This document shows positions 62,340 through 64,000 of a DNA stretch of 64,000 bases, piece after piece. The notes under the pieces are model-generated. The model worked only from the letters and a program-made list of their open reading frames with translations. It searched no databases and had not been told where the DNA came from. Both the position numbers and the translations under genes were made by a program. The stretch lies in contig CM059429.1 of assembly GCA_030390025.1 (NCBI GenBank), forward strand, positions 24,800,001-24,864,000. The letters run 5' to 3'. The stretch is from Squalus acanthias (lineage: Eukaryota). Numbering within the stretch: the stretch's first letter is position 1; every line of letters begins with the position of its first letter.

Positions 62340-62658
62340 AAGTAGCTGTTCTTCATCCCTGAGGCCATCTGGGGAGTGTTAGCAGGCTATTTGACTGCAG
62401 AGAACATCATAATCAAATCCTACCTTCACCTGACATCCACACGTGTACTTTCTAGTACAAATCAGGAGTGGGAATGTCTGGCTGCTTTTTCTCCTCCATA
62501 ACAAAGGAACATTGAGACCAATTGTAGGGGCCCTATTACCATTCTGGTTAATATCAGCTAACTCAGCAAAGACCAGAGGTCAAAGCCAGGATGTTTCTAC
62601 TCTGTGTGGCCCAGCATCGAATCTTGGTGATGCGTATACCCACTGCACTCTTGAGGAG
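62340..62658 (-). mobile_element. Old SINE-like repeat with a degenerate tRNA-like head
   Basis: Minus strand gtgcagtgggtatacgca...cctggctttgacctctggtctttgctgagttagctgat; homologous to 2060-2300 and 15730-16315. Confidence 0.6.
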
Positions 62659-64000
62659 TTAAGAAATAGATATTAAGATAGGTTAAGTATCATTCCTTCT
62701 CACTTCTTATCGCCTAATTCATTATTCAATTCTGGTAGGTTGGTAAAAACAAAGTTAGAAAACTCGAGAGCAAATCATTGCACTTTTTACTACGTTTGAT
62801 CGCATTTCTGCATTTTTCAAGAGATTAAACCTATTAACCTGTTTTTTTTTCTGTGCCGTAAACCTATCAAACGATCTTACAATTGATTTTTATTTGCTTA
62901 TTGCTAGGTAATGATCTTTCAAATTGCCTGGTAATCCAGCTGTACCGGGTGGAGTTGTATTGTGCAAGTGTTGTATTGTGTTACTCTCCTCAACCTCATC
63001 CATAGTCATTTATTTAAAAGGCCCACACACGCACACGCACACACACAACACAGTACGTCCTCCTGCTCGGCCTGTTTTCAGCAACTGTCTCTTATTACTG
63101 CGTCCTGCCTTAGCTAAACAGAAAAAAATCCTTAACTATAATAAAACAAAAAAGAAAGGTAATTATTAGCTTGTTTGAAAAAAATAAGCCACTCAATGGA
63201 AACCACATGGACTTATGGGCCAAACATATTCAAAATAGCACTTAATTTGTTTTAATAAGCAACAAATATGCAGCCCCCGAGTACTGACTAATTACTGTGT
63301 TCTCAGAAAATTGCTTCACAAAGCATACTGGCATCAGATGGACCTGATATTACAAAGCGCTTTGCGGTTTGCGGTGTGCTCACAGCATTTGGGAGTGATG
63401 AAAAGCTTGTCGGGTGGTAATGTCTGGAACATTTAGAAATTAGAGAGGGAGAGAGAGGAAAAAAAGGGGGAGAGGTATGAGTGAAACAATGAAGTGTGAA
63501 GTTGAAAGACTACACCGAGTTGCGAGTGCTGCTAGCTTTCTAATATTATCCCCACATGTGGCTCTTGCATACATTGCACAAACCACACTGTATACTGGGG
63601 AATTCAACAGACATTCAAAATATCTGAGCAGCATCAGAATCCAGAGTTACCAAAAGGTACATCAGGAGAAAGGAAAATATTTTGCGAAATTGATGTGAAT
63701 CCCTAACTTTTTCGCATTCTGATAATTAGCAGGTCCCTCATTAAACCCCAGCAGGCAAGCATTCCAGGTCATAAAATTGAGGCTTAGCATTTCTAGTGTG
63801 CTGCTATTTTCCTACCAAGTTTCACACAATATCAGGAATTGAATGGCTGATGCTAGGAGTGCATGATATCACGCAACCCATTATCTCATAGTCTATTGAG
63901 ATCACAGGGAGCCACATATATTTAAAACTGAAACAAATTCATTAATATACATAGTTTTTTAATCGAATCATTTTAATAAGGTTTCCATTGGTTTAATGAG

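Overview
Vertebrate genomic DNA, almost certainly a cartilaginous fish (shark), judged from its CR1/L2 LINEs, Deu-domain (SacSINE1/AmnSINE1-like) SINEs and a Penelope-type terminal repeat. The window covers the middle of the MECOM (MDS1/EVI1, PRDM3) gene on the + strand. Five coding exons are present (24001-24132, 53562-53664, 56299-56497, 58937-59084, 60156/60159-60312). They have canonical AG/GT boundaries and consistent phases, and encode the C-terminal half of the PR/SET domain, the EVI1 start Met (53616) and N-terminal zinc fingers 1-5. The MDS1 exons lie upstream of the window and the remaining EVI1 exons downstream. A CpG-rich, LINE-poor domain (about 5-22 kb) culminates in a probable internal EVI1 promoter at about 19.4-21.6 kb. 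Introns hold many CR1, L2 and RTE LINE relics, SINEs, palindromic PIF/Harbinger-like MITEs (several nested, with visible target-site duplications) and candidate conserved non-coding elements. Most ORFs in the supplied track are LINE fragments, their antisense frames or noise. The most notable items are a degenerate Penelope-type hammerhead ribozyme in sense orientation in a MECOM intron, a one-codon deletion in the PR domain, a NAGNAG acceptor inside zinc finger 4, uORFs in the EVI1 leader, and a duplicated 69-bp module bracketing a candidate enhancer. I cannot support a wholly new biological system from the sequence alone.
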